Below, piece after piece: positions 44,921 to 58,108 of a stretch of DNA of 64,000 nucleotides. The stretch's first letter is position 1. Each line of letters starts with the position of its first letter. The notes below the pieces were generated by a model. The model was not told the DNA's origin, ran no database searches, and was given only the letters and a program-made list of their open reading frames with translations. The position numbers and the translations under genes were made by a program. Source of the stretch: the human T2T-CHM13v2.0 reference genome, Homo sapiens. The stretch is taken from NCBI RefSeq assembly GCF_009914755.1, contig NC_060925.1. One strand, written 5' to 3'.

Positions 44921-46850
44921 TTACATATAATTGCAAAATGGAAGAAAACTCCAAGTTTAAATAGTCAATCTACCAATTTATTCTACCAAGGTATTATTGA
45001 AAACATGATAATATATCATTGACATTTGACGCACACATGTAGATAATTTAAGGACCACTAAATATAATTGAGATCTAAGAGAAATTGATATTTGGTAAAT
45101 TAGAGACCTAATTATTTTTATGGTTCTTTTAGCAATGCAGCGATACATTCAACATTTGATGTTATGATAAAATTAGATTTGTACTCATTCTGTATATTTG
45201 AGAAATTTATTGGTATCTTGTAATCAGGTATTATTGGAATCAGGATATCAGTCAGTTTTGTAGGTCTATAGTTGTCTTGATTACATATTTTCACTAAGCG
45301 TTTTTAAAATAAAGTAAATCCTAGCTTTAATCTCCACTTGGTTCTATTTTAAATATCAAGCTATATTTAGAATAATAAAGTCAACTCTCAGTCATATGTC
45401 TCAGATACTCATGCTAGCATGAAATTACACAGGCAGATTTCCCCAGCTTTGGAGAAAAGATAAATGGGACCCTGTTATCTTGAATTTGTTGCAGCATTAT
45501 ACCAGACAATAGCCAAAGCTAAGGCCAGATTTTGTTAATTATGTAGATTTTGAGGCAAAGCTTTGCATACGGAAGGGTCTGTATTATTTTTCTATAGTTT
45601 AAAGCTTTAATACTATGCAGTTCATTTTCTAGCATGCATAAGCTGCTCTGTAATAGAGTTTCAACAGTTTCATTTCTTTTTATGGAAAAGCAAGTTTCTG
45701 ACTGTATCAGGACAAAGTACATCAACAGTCATCAAAAAGAGGAAAAGAAAACTTCTATTCCACCAATAATATTTAGTCTCTTGCTTAAATCCTGATTTTA
45801 GGTTCACACCTATTTACTGAATTCTGTCTGGCTATTTGTTTTTTACTGGATATTTCTCTGAGGGTTACTTGTCAGGTCTTTCTTCCTTGTTTTGGTTCAA
45901 ATCCCCACCTTAACCTCTATATTTGCACCATTTTGTATCCAATTTAGAAAGAGATATTTTACTTACAAATCAGAAACTAGAAAGAACTCACTCAGATCAC
46001 ACTTTCCTAAACTGTGAATAAATAAACTTTGTTCATAAAATTATTTAGGAATGTATCTGTAGTCACCTTGTAAGAGATAATATTGAAAATAAAAATTCAC
46101 ATTAATGGTAGGAGCTGATTGAATCCGTTCATTCCGACAGCAATGTGGGTCTTAAGAAGATATTTTTAAATTTCCTCCTCTTTAAAAAAGGAGATTTAAA
46201 TCTTTCTGCAAAGGAGAAAGACTACATAATCTGTGAGAGTCCAAGAATTCAGGGTACATATACAGGGAAGCCAAGTAGAGCAAGTCAGAGACATCAGTGA
46301 TCATGTTCAACAGAAGAGGTGCCCTTTATATGAGCTTGTGCAGGTCAACACACTGAGATATTTAAAAATTTCAAGGAGCCAGTCAGTGTTGGGGAAACTT
46401 AGAAGCAGGGTTACTTTGCTTCAGAACAGAATTTGATGGGCCCTTATTTTTAAGCTCCAAAACATGCCTTTCATTTTCCTAAAATAGTATATAATTTATG
46501 GATTGGCATGTGACAGGTTAAAGACTAAGAATGAATGGTAGAGGAGAGGCATGGAAATCATTTAATGAGCTCAATTAAGGACAGTTACCTGTATTCGACA
46601 GAATATATGTTAGCCCGATAACTGGGTCAGCAAAGATTTTGAGCATGAGGTTATGTAACATTTAATAATCAGGGTTCTGGTTTCATCTAGAACTAACCTA
46701 CATAAACAGCAGCAAAGACAGATGGCTCATATTACTTTTTATGTGCCTTAAAACATTTTTACATGGTTTGTACTAAATTAAAAAAAATACTGCAGCATCC
46801 TCCTGAACATATAAATAAAACTTAGGAAATCAATACAAAAATCACTTTTA

Positions 46851-47195
46851 CAGGTTGAACATCTCTAATATGAAATAAAAAATCCGAAATGCTCCAGTTG
46901 TTGAGTGCTGACACGAAACCACCAGTGGAAAATCTCACACCTGACCTTATGTGGCAGGTCACAGTCAAAACACAGTCAAAACTTTGTTCCATACACAAAA
47001 TTATTTAAAATATTGTATAAAATTACCCTTAGGCTATGTGTATTACTTGTATATGAAACACGAGTGAGTTTTGTGTTTAGATTTGGGTTCCATCCACAAG
47101 ATACGCCATATATGCAAATATTCCCAAATCTGAAAAAACCTGGAATCTGAAACATTTCTGGTCCTAAGCATTTTAGATAATGGATACTCAACCTG
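46851..47195. mobile_element. Tigger4 (MER46/Zombi) MITE
   Basis: TIRs caggttga...tcaacctg with TA on both sides; aatccgaaatgctcca motif. Confidence 0.88.
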
Positions 47196-47419
47196 TACAT
47201 AATCTTTCTTGTAGATGAGAGATTGTTGAAACAAGCAGAAAGATTTTTAATCACCCAAATGCTAATAATAACAAATTTCCCCATGAAATCACTGAATCAA
47301 GCTCATTTGTGCACTTCTTTTATTTAAGTTGACACTTCTTTTATTTACTCATTAGTTCATTGATTCACTTATGTAATAAAAACATTCTAAGGATCACTTC
47401 TATAGCATTTTAGCAATTA

Positions 47420-47880
47420 TTATATGTGTATTTTGGATTATTGAAAGGACTCATATGACTACACAATGTATACTCAAGTGAAATGTTAATAATGACAATG
47501 TGTATGATAAACCAGGAGAAGGAAAACACAGGCAAACATCATGGAGTTCCCAGACATTCAGGCAAAAATTTTCAAGATATCTCATTCTCTTGAAAAATGC
47601 TACATCTCATGATCAGAAACCTTGAAGGTGTATCTTGGTGTCAGGGGAACTGAGGCAAAGCTTACTGAGAGTGCTTGTTTCTTTTTAATACCTTATTAGT
47701 CATACAGCCAAAACCACCCTTGGTAACCAGTTAAATCAAGTTCAACTCATCTGTCTGTACATTTTCTATAAAGAATGGTGCCAGGCCACCAGGGGAGCTT
47801 CAGGACTTTAAATACCACAGAATAGATCATTAATACATATTATTTTATTCTTATCTTGGCCCAGAGTTTGTCAGATGGAG
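47420..47880 (-). mobile_element. Old ERVL-type LTR fragment (MER21/MER77/LTR40-like)
   Basis: gaaaggactca...tatactca antisense LTR text; family uncertain. Confidence 0.45.
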
Positions 47881-47886
47881 CTTATA

Positions 47887-48824
47887 TTAGGTTGGTGCAA
47901 AAGTAATTGCGGTTTTAGACCATGAAATTTAAATCATTATAACTAGGCTCAAACACATCTTTATTAATCAAAGTAGAAACCATTACAATCAACCCGTTTT
48001 TGCCAATGAGAAATGTTTATTCCTGTAGCATAAAAAATTGTGCTTCAGAATTTGACAAATTCATGGAAAGCATTTTCTGCATCCTGCTGAAAGTGGAAGC
48101 ATTTTACCTGAAAAAAGTTGTTGAGACGCTTGAAGAAGTGGTAGTAGGTTTGCAAGAGGTTAGGTGAGTATGACAGATAAGGCAAAACTTCATAGCTAAT
48201 TCTTTCAACTGTTGAAGCATTCGTTGTGCAATGTGTGTTCGGGCATTGTTGTGAAGAATTGGCCGCTTCTGATGACCAATGCTGGCTGCAGGCATTGAGT
48301 ATTCATTACATCTCATCAATTTGCTGAGCATACTTGTCAGATGTAATGGTTTCATCAGGATTCAGAAAGCTGTAGAGAATCAGACTGGCAGCAGACCACC
48401 AAATAGTCACATCACCTTTTTTTTTGGTGCAAGTTTGGCTTTGGGAAGTGCTTTGAAGCTTCTTCTCAGTCCAACCACTGAGCTTTTCATCAGCAGTTGC
48501 CATATAAAATCCACTTTTCATCGTACATCACAATGTGATTGAGAAATGGTTGTTGTTGAATAGAATAAGGAAAGATGACACTTCAAAATGACAATTCTTT
48601 TGATTTTCACTCGGCTCATGAGGCACCCACTTATCAAACTTTTTCACCTATCCAATTTGCTTCAAATATTGAATGACCATAGAATGGTCAACACTGAGTT
48701 CTTCAGCAACTCCTCCTATAGTTGTAATAGAATCAGCTTTGATAATTGCTCTCAATTGGTCATTGTCAGCTTCCAATATCCAGCCACCATGCTCCTCATC
48801 TTCAAGGCTCTGGTCTCCTTTGAA

Positions 48825-48864
<40 letters not shown>

Positions 48865-49377
48865 AGGCAGAGTCTCACTCTGTCACCCAGGCTGGAGTGC
48901 AGTGGCACGATCACGCTCACTGCATGCTCCGCCTCCCTGGTTCATGCCATTCTCCTGCCTCAGCCTCCCGAGTAGCTGGGACTACAGGCGCCCGCCACCA
49001 CACCTGGCTAATTTTTTGTATTTTTCGTAGAGACGGGGTTTCACCATGTTAGCCGGGATGGTCTCGATCTCCTGACCTCGTGATCCACCTACCTCGGCCT
49101 CCCAAAGTGCTAGGATTACAGGCGTGAGCCACCACGCCCGGCGTGAAAAACTTCTTGAACCATCACTACATTGTATGTTTGACAGCAGTTCTTGGGCCAA
49201 ATGCATTGTTGATCTTGCCAGTGGTCTCTGCTGCTTTACGACCCATTTTGAACTTGAATAAGAAAATCATTCGAATTTGCGTTTTGTCTAACATCATTTC
49301 CATTATCTAAAATAAACTTAAACAGCAAGTAATAAGTGATTAACAAAAAAAAATTTAAGCGAGAAGGGCCCATTAAT
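47887..49377 (-). mobile_element. Hsmar1 mariner fossil, one TIR missing, interrupted by AluY
   Basis: TA + TTAGGTTGGTGCAAAAGTAATTGCGGTTTT TIR; transposase remnants MEMMLD (ATG 49303), YDEKW, VTIWWSAA...LNPDETITSDKYAQQIDEM, LHNNAR; multiple frameshifts. Confidence 0.93.
48831..49143 (-). mobile_element. AluY inside Hsmar1
   Basis: Y diagnostics, long pure poly(T), TSD tgaaaaactt at 48821-48830 and 49144-49153. Confidence 0.95.
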
Positions 49378-49702
49378 GTCTGTCATATATGAGTCTCTAT
49401 TGAGTCAAGAATGGCAAATAATAATAAAGCCTCTTTTACATTTCTACATAAAAAGCTAACTAATAATCACTTTTAAAAAATGGGATTAAAATACTTGGAT
49501 TTTACTCTCCCTCTAACTGGCTTTTATTCTTAGTTTGGATTTTTTTTTAACTTATCCTAAAATTGAATACCATTTATCTAGTCTCAAAGCATTAGTGGGT
49601 AAACAAAATAAATATCCATATACTGGTGTAATTTCAGGAATGGCTAATCTCTTTACTATCAACATATTTTTAAAAGCGTACTACTGTTAAGGTTAATGCA
49701 TA

Positions 49703-50945
49703 TGTCACAGTATCCTTTGGGTGTGGCTTCACCATCTGGAAACCACTGTGGGTGGTGGTGCCTCTGCTTGAATTTCACTCTCACCTACTGGGCTTTTTCT
49801 ACCCACTCGGCCTGGCAGGCTGCACTCGGCTCACACTACCAGGTGAGCCAGGTGAGTAGCAAGGATTGTGTGAATGAGTGAGCGCAGTGTCTGGTCACTG
49901 CACACAGCCAGGTGCAGCAGCTGCTGAGCCACAGCGGGCATCTCCAGGCTCTGGCACAGGCACTGGCTCCATCTGAGGCTGTGACTGGGCCAGGTGTGCC
50001 ACAAGTGTCTTCCACTGCGGACACTGGCACCCGGATGAGGGGAATGCAGTGGAGCCTGAAAATTCAGAGATGCTAGCAACCGCAGAGATCCAAGGGATTG
50101 AGGGAGGCATGTTACAGCTCTCTCCTTCCTGCCACCTGCAGCTCGGCAGACAGGGGCATGTTAACAGCTCTTTCAGCCCTTTCCCTTGCTCTGGCCCGCG
50201 GTTCCTGGGCTGGTCCGGCCATGCAGCTGCTTCCCATAATGTGGGACAGCTGCCTGATGCTGGTGGAGGGAAGGAGGGCTAAAGTGTTACAGCTCTAGCT
50301 CAGGGGATCCCAAGGTGTGGGCTGCCTGAAGGGTCACCAGTCTTTACTCCTGCGGTCCGACAAACAGGAGCTGTCACCACCTGCAGCTCGGCAAGCCAGC
50401 CAGGAATATGTTACATCTCTTTTCACTGCCGCCAGCTTGGCATGCCAGCCAGGAAAGTGTTATAGCCCTTTTCTCACCTGCCATTTGGTGTGTCCCAAGT
50501 TCTTGTCCCACATCCAGGAAGAATGAAGTTACATGAACAACGGGCAGGTGAGCAAGGCAGAGAACAGTTTTATTGAGCAGCAGAACAGCTGTAAGTGGAG
50601 AGGAAATCCAAAGTAGGTAGTTCCTACCCTCAGTTAGTTAGTCTCCATGTGTGTCTGAGTTCAGTTGAGTCTAGGATTTTTTATGGGCTCAGTACGGAGA
50701 AACTGCATGCTGATTGGCACATGGGTGGGAAGAAGTATGTGCTGATTGGTTCACGGTTGGGCCTGTAAAAAGCACCATCCCACTGGCTGAAAGGCATCAA
50801 GAAAGTTATTATTTTGGGTCATGGGCTACACCTGGAATTGGCAACCTAGATTTCAGGCTTCAGCCTATCCCTGGCTTGAAGGTCAGGCATCACTGGGGAT
50901 CTGCCCCTTCCCGCCTAGGAACTTGCCTGTTTCCTGCTGCCATCA
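49703..50945 (-). mobile_element. MER52-like ERV1 solo LTR
   Basis: GC-rich 1.24 kb bounded by tgtcac...gctgccatca with 4-bp TSD CATA; internal gttacagctc repeats. Confidence 0.85.
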
Positions 50946-53900
50946 CATAGAGGAACTTAGATCCCAGAAAAAGAGTAGACAACACTACTTAAAACTTAGT
51001 AAGATGGTTATTATGTCTTCCGAGAGAGTGCTATTAAGTTAAAATATTATAAAGGTAAAAATGATGCAGTGAATTGTGAAATGGTTGTTCAGTGGAAGTG
51101 TCAAATGATACAAAAATTTGATTCTATTGACAGATAAAAGACATTGTAAAAGTTTAATAAAATAATTTAAGAACAGGCACCCAAACCTGTCCAGGGAAAA
51201 TAAATATTCTCTACCAGTGATATAGGTGTCCTGCTCACTTATTTTCTCATATAATAGAAATAATATAATAAGATCTACAATACATAGGTGGAAAGGTTCA
51301 TAGGATGAGCCAATTTTTTTCCTTCAATCTCATATTCACTGAATCCATTGAATTACTAACTTGTTCCTAAAGTCACTAAATAATAAAGTAGATGTCCTTC
51401 ATGTTGAATCTATGGAAAGCAATACAGCTAAATAAATTAATCTTAATAGTCCCAAATACCCTTCTGGATAACAGATCAACCTGGTTATTACTAGGTGAAC
51501 TACTAAACTTGAGTCCATGACTTCCCTTCTGCTGTCTCCCAAAGAACCTGCTTGAGCAATCAACATCTTGCTTTTTCATGTCAACCTTTTAATAACAATC
51601 AAATTAACAAAAATAATGTCTTACCATGCAATATGTTTTAATGTGTAAGGTGATAGTCTAGTTCATATTTTAATTCTTCATCATTTAAAAGTAAGAACAT
51701 GACATTCAACTGAAATAATCTGTATTTTCAGGTTTCAAATAAAAATAAAATAAGGCCCAAAGGAAATATAAATTTAGAAGATATAATGCACAAGTCCCAC
51801 AAACAAAGTAGAAACATAAAAAAATTGTAGATTCATCAAGCCATTTACATATTTTAGAATATAATTATATCTACCAAAATTATTTTCTATTATCTTTTAT
51901 TCAAATTTTAAAATGCTACTTACAGTTTTAGTTTTGAAGTTTTGTAGATTGTAGCTAAGTAACTGGAATACTCTCTCTATGAAATAATATATGTTTTTAT
52001 GTTTGCATTTAAATAAAGAATTGTATGCAGTTATAAGCTGAAATAAAGCATAATATAAATTGTAGTAATTTTAGAAAGTAAATATATTGTACATGTTTAC
52101 TTAAAATCATTTTTGGGGCTAAGATCTTAGAAAATATTAAGCAAAATGCAATATTACAATAAAAATAAAGTTTCCAGCATGAACTAAATTGTATAAAACA
52201 TTTCATAAAGCTTTTTCTGCGTTTTTGAATGTTAATTTAAAACTGTAATAAAATAATGTCTCCATTTATCTGAGTATCATTTTTGCCACATTCCCCATCA
52301 TTTTAAAGTCAGAGTTCTCACCAGACCTTTTCCTATCTGTCAGGAACATAGCCCATAATTTTCTATGAGCCACTAAAAATGGAATTTATATCAGCAGATT
52401 ACAATTGCTCCATAAATAAATCACTTTATGAGGTAAGAAGCTCAGTATCTCAGTGTGGAGCCTATAATGCATAATGTAGCCAGTAAAGGGAAGAATCCTT
52501 TATTTATTAAAAAAAAAAAAAAAAGCCTCACTTTGTCAGATTTTCTATAAGGCAAAACACTGAGACAGTCGGATAAAATGTTATCTGTTTGAAGAGAAAT
52601 GTAAATTCTTCCTGTTCTTTCAAATCTATGTTTAAGTTATATAATTGTACCTTTAATGCACATGCTGTAAAGTGTGTGATTTGGGCTCATATTTGTGTAT
52701 GCGTGTGTGTGTGTTTGATTTTCAGGGCAATTTGTACCCTAAATTCTTTCACCATTATAGTATCTACTAGCATTCATTTTTCTTGCAATTTTGTTCATAA
52801 AAGTTTGATGATGGTGATAAGAGATTTATTTTTTAAAGTCTCTTAGACGTATGAGGATGCAAAGGAAAAGAGGAAATATTTTATTGTATTTGACATGGGA
52901 CACTAAGCAGAAAGATTCAAATTGTATTGATATTCAAGATCAAAACAGCTAACACTTTTTTCTGAAATATTGACTATAAGAATGTTTATTTTACATCTCA
53001 AAGAGATTATTAGCTAAGTGATTAATTCACAAAGAATGCATTCAAGCTATAGGACAATGGCCAGGTGAAAGCTGTCATTTGAGTGAAGATGAGACTTCTT
53101 ATTGGCATTTTTACATAGACAATATTGCTGACAAAGCCCAACTGCTTAGGTTAGATGTGACTTTCGGACAACTTCTCTTGAAGGCAGTTGCAAAGGTAGA
53201 GAGCAGTAAATGGGCTTCCGTTTATCTTTCGCAGTCAATCTAGTATGTATTTTTAAAATACTAGAAGCTTTTGGTAATAAAATGCACATATACCTTGCCA
53301 AATAACTTTTGTTTGCGTTAGTCTTATTAGTCCCATCCTCCAATTTTCCAGTAGCACGCTGTTATCTGCAGAACCCCACATATCCACGATCTCCAGGTCA
53401 TGTGCAAACTGGCTCTACTTCATCTGTCAAACCAAATTCTTTGTAAAACACATCTCCTGACTTGATTCCCATCATTTTGGACTCTTTAGCCTCATTTGTA
53501 CATGACAGGCTTATTTTCCCCACCTAAGTAGAACACAATCCATTTCTTTTGCTTCTTGAAGTCTTCTCTGAGCAGCCATCTGAATTTTAATTCTCTTTTT
53601 CTGTGCTTCTGAATATACTCTTTGGCATATTAATCCTTGATTTACTTATATTTTTCTAGTCACAGATTATAAATTACTTGAAAGCAAAATTACTCATGAA
53701 GAGATTCGATTTTCTCAGGAATTAACATATTTCTTCCTATGTGATACATGTTCAAAAAATTAACTGATTAATAAAATATATTTACCTCCCATATTCTTAC
53801 CCTAGTCTTATGTGTGCTACAAGAATCATATAACCACTTTTATGAATACATTGCCAAGAGAGACCTTCAGATATTTGTCTCTTTCAATTCAGATAACAGA

Positions 53901-53964
53901 TAAACCAATAGTCAAAATAATACTGATGTAAATACTAACACTAACAAAAATATCCTAAAAGAGA

Positions 53965-54240
53965 CAATAGCAGTAACAAGATCTGACACATATGGAATGC
54001 TTAATATGTACTAAATCATGTGCAAGTACTAAATAGTGTATAACATTAAAAGTGCCTTATGGACTTCATCAAATTTAACCTCACAAATAATCTATGGTAT
54101 AGATACTAATATTAAACCTCTTCAATATATGAAAAAATAATTGAACTGCCCAAGGCAATACAGCTTCAGCTGCATACCTCAGAGAGTTAATCTAAGTTCT
54201 GTTTGACTTAAAAGCCCATTATAATTTTAGAATACTATAT
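53965..54240 (-). mobile_element. MIR
   Basis: aatttaacctcacaa..aatctatg.tatagatacta...ctgcccaaggc..tacagc antisense core. Confidence 0.65.
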
Positions 54241-55367
54241 TATAAAGCCTCTATAAAGCACTTTATATGGGAACAATTCAAATATTCAATAAATATTATT
54301 TTATTGTCATTTATGTTGTATTGTTCTCCAATGGCTTTTTATTGAAAGCTTTGGTCTCAGTTCCATGAGGCAAAGCACACACTCTCTAAACATATCTAGG
54401 TTAGAAGTGATCACTTAATGTTCATAAAATATGTGTAGAATAGAACTGGCTGTAAAATACAGCAATGTCATAAACACTGTCCCAGGTAACAGATATGGTG
54501 GTCATATAGGAATGAAAACTATTTACTATATTATTCTAAGATCATTATGAGCCTTGATTAATGAATTAGTAAAACCATTAAAATATATGTTTAGACTGAA
54601 TCTCTAGGCAGATGCAAAATAATGTATTTTCCATTACATGTAGTTGTTTGTGATAATATAAATCAAACTTTGCATCTAAAAGATATAATCTTTATCAGTG
54701 TTTTTGGTCTGAATGTTATTACATTTTTGCTGACAATTTTGAGGCCATATGTTCAAAAGATTGCTTATGGGTCCTTCTCATGTATAAAAATAAAGATGGT
54801 AAATATATTACTTTATTAAAGGTGAGGATATGACAATTAACATGCATTTATTCTAGTTTAGATCTATATTGATATTCTCTCAGTGCCACACTTTGTTGAA
54901 AATGAAGTTTCCCTCTCCCATGACATTACTTTAAATGCCACAAGGGCCAATTCTATAACCTCAGATTTAAACAAAATGTTAAAAAAAAACAGGAAATATT
55001 TCCAGTTTGTGTAAACTAAAATTCAAGGGTCAAAAAGTTAAACCTATAAACATGAACATCAGTGCAAAAGTTTATGAAATTTCTGGGTCTCTTTCACTGT
55101 CACTTTAAAATCAATATCGAAGGTATTAATATCAATACATCAGACCATCCATCAATCTGTATGCCTTTCAGCTGATAGTATATTTTGCATATATCACTGG
55201 AGCATATGACAAGGATAATATGGTCTTATGTGGGTCATTCATATAGTAAATCTATTTAATCTTATACTTTAATGGTTCAGAATAAAGAATGACTGAAAAA
55301 ATAATGCTTGTTTTGAAAACTGCTTTAAAATTAATTTTCCATTTCTTTGGCCATTGTTTACATGCTA

Positions 55368-55735
<368 letters not shown>

Positions 55736-56317
55736 AGTTACTAAGAAGTAGATAATTGTAGTAAAAGGTTAATCTTACAAAATAAACAACTTATCCCCAA
55801 ATATGCTTTTACCTAATTCTGTTTAACTCTGATATTTATACAATATTTCTGCTTCATAATTTACTCTGTAATCCAGCAAAATACAAAGTTTATTGGAAGT
55901 ATACAGAGGAAAAGAGACTCAAAGGCTCTAAACATTAAGGGAAAATTAATCCCTTGTTACTTATGAAAAATATGTAAAATATAATTATTGTTAAAGTTTA
56001 GATATAAAATAAATTTTAGCACAAACACAATGTAAAAATTGTGTTTTGAGTAAATATTTTATAAGCCATTTTCAGAAACTATAATAATATAAACATTTCA
56101 AAATTCAAACAGTAATAAATGGCACATGTTTAAAGAATTTTGTGGCATTAAACCACATGCTAAGATTCATTATTACTTTATCTGTAAGGAAATTGTGTTC
56201 ATGTTGCAGAGATCATCCCCTTTCTTAGGGATATCCTATATTTGGGATATCACAAAAATGTCATTAACCTTCAATGGTTCCATGGGTTATACATTGAAAA
56301 TATCACAGAGGGTAGAC

Positions 56318-56759
56318 TGTGATACATTGAATAATGGTCCATCAAAGCTGTCTATATTCTAGTCCCCAGATCCTATAAATGTGTTATCATGTGTGATTAA
56401 ATAAATTTTGTGGATATTGATATGGGGACATTGTTCAGGATTATGTAGTAGGCCCAATTGAATCATGAGTCTTTATAAGAGGGAGGCAGGATGGTCATAG
56501 ATACAGAAGGCATTGTGATAACAGAAGCAGGACAGATATTTGAAGATGCTATGCTTCTGATTTTGAAGACAGAGAATGAGGACAGGAACCAAGGAATCCA
56601 AATTTCTTCTATAAGCTAAATGAGTCAAGAAAGCTGGTTGTCTGCGAGAACCTACGGGAGGCTCTCCTGACTTCCAGAAATATAATAGAATAAATTCGTA
56701 CTGTTTTAGGCCACTAAATTTGTTATAATTTATTATAACAGTAATAGGAAACTAGTATA
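56318..56759 (+). mobile_element. MLT1C/D-like LTR
   Basis: tgtgatacattgaataatggtcc start; ctttataagagggaggcagg; gtaataggaaacta end. Confidence 0.8.
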
Positions 56760-57402
56760 TCTTTCTTCTGCTAGTGATTACTTACTATAATCTTCTAATT
56801 ATCGATGCGTAAAAGCATTCCAGTTATGCTCCTGATTCAAATGTCCTTTTCAAAATTAGTTTCCTAGGAAACTTGACCTAAATTAAAAGTAGTCGGAAGA
56901 ACCCAAATTTAATGTGAGATTTGGAGCTGAATCATCCACCAGCCAGCTGACAATGAAGACTCCATCACTAATGGTAGAGCTTACCATGAAGTGATGGTGC
57001 AATTGTCAAAAATTTTGCTAGGCTTGAACTTGAATAGAACACATTGAAAAAGATTTACTGTAATAAAAAATATTTATTGTGAAGTTTGAGGGAGGTAAGT
57101 TGATACTGATTAGAAGGCCAGTGGAATTGGATGGCTTTTACTGAGTTTCATTGGTATATTAAACACACACACACACAGAAAACCAAGGTGGTTTATCAAC
57201 AATTGGAGACAAATATAAAAGTTGAAAGGGCCTTCTTGGTAGATGAGAATCATTTATTTAGAGGCCAGAAAATCTGAGTACTTGGCCCTGCTTTAATTAT
57301 AATTATAAAAGTTTGAGAAAGATTAGCATTAATTCTTCTTCAACCATTTGGTAGAATTCCCTAGTGAAGCCATTTGTCCCTGGGGTTTTCTTTGTTGAGA
57401 GG

Positions 57403-58108
<706 letters not shown>

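Noticed and set aside
48588-49206. ORFs with poly-Phe/poly-Lys and Alu-like peptides (also 21078-21469, 30073-30324, 57792-58001, 62871-63164)
   Set aside because: Translations of Alu and poly(A/T) tails.
48104-49303. Similarity to SETMAR transposase domain
   Set aside because: No SET exon, frameshifts, TIR/TA structure and Alu insertion: an Hsmar1 fossil, not the gene.
49696-51042. GC-rich region with many ORFs, possible promoter or exon
   Set aside because: Coincides with the TSD-bounded MER52-like LTR; CpGs largely decayed.
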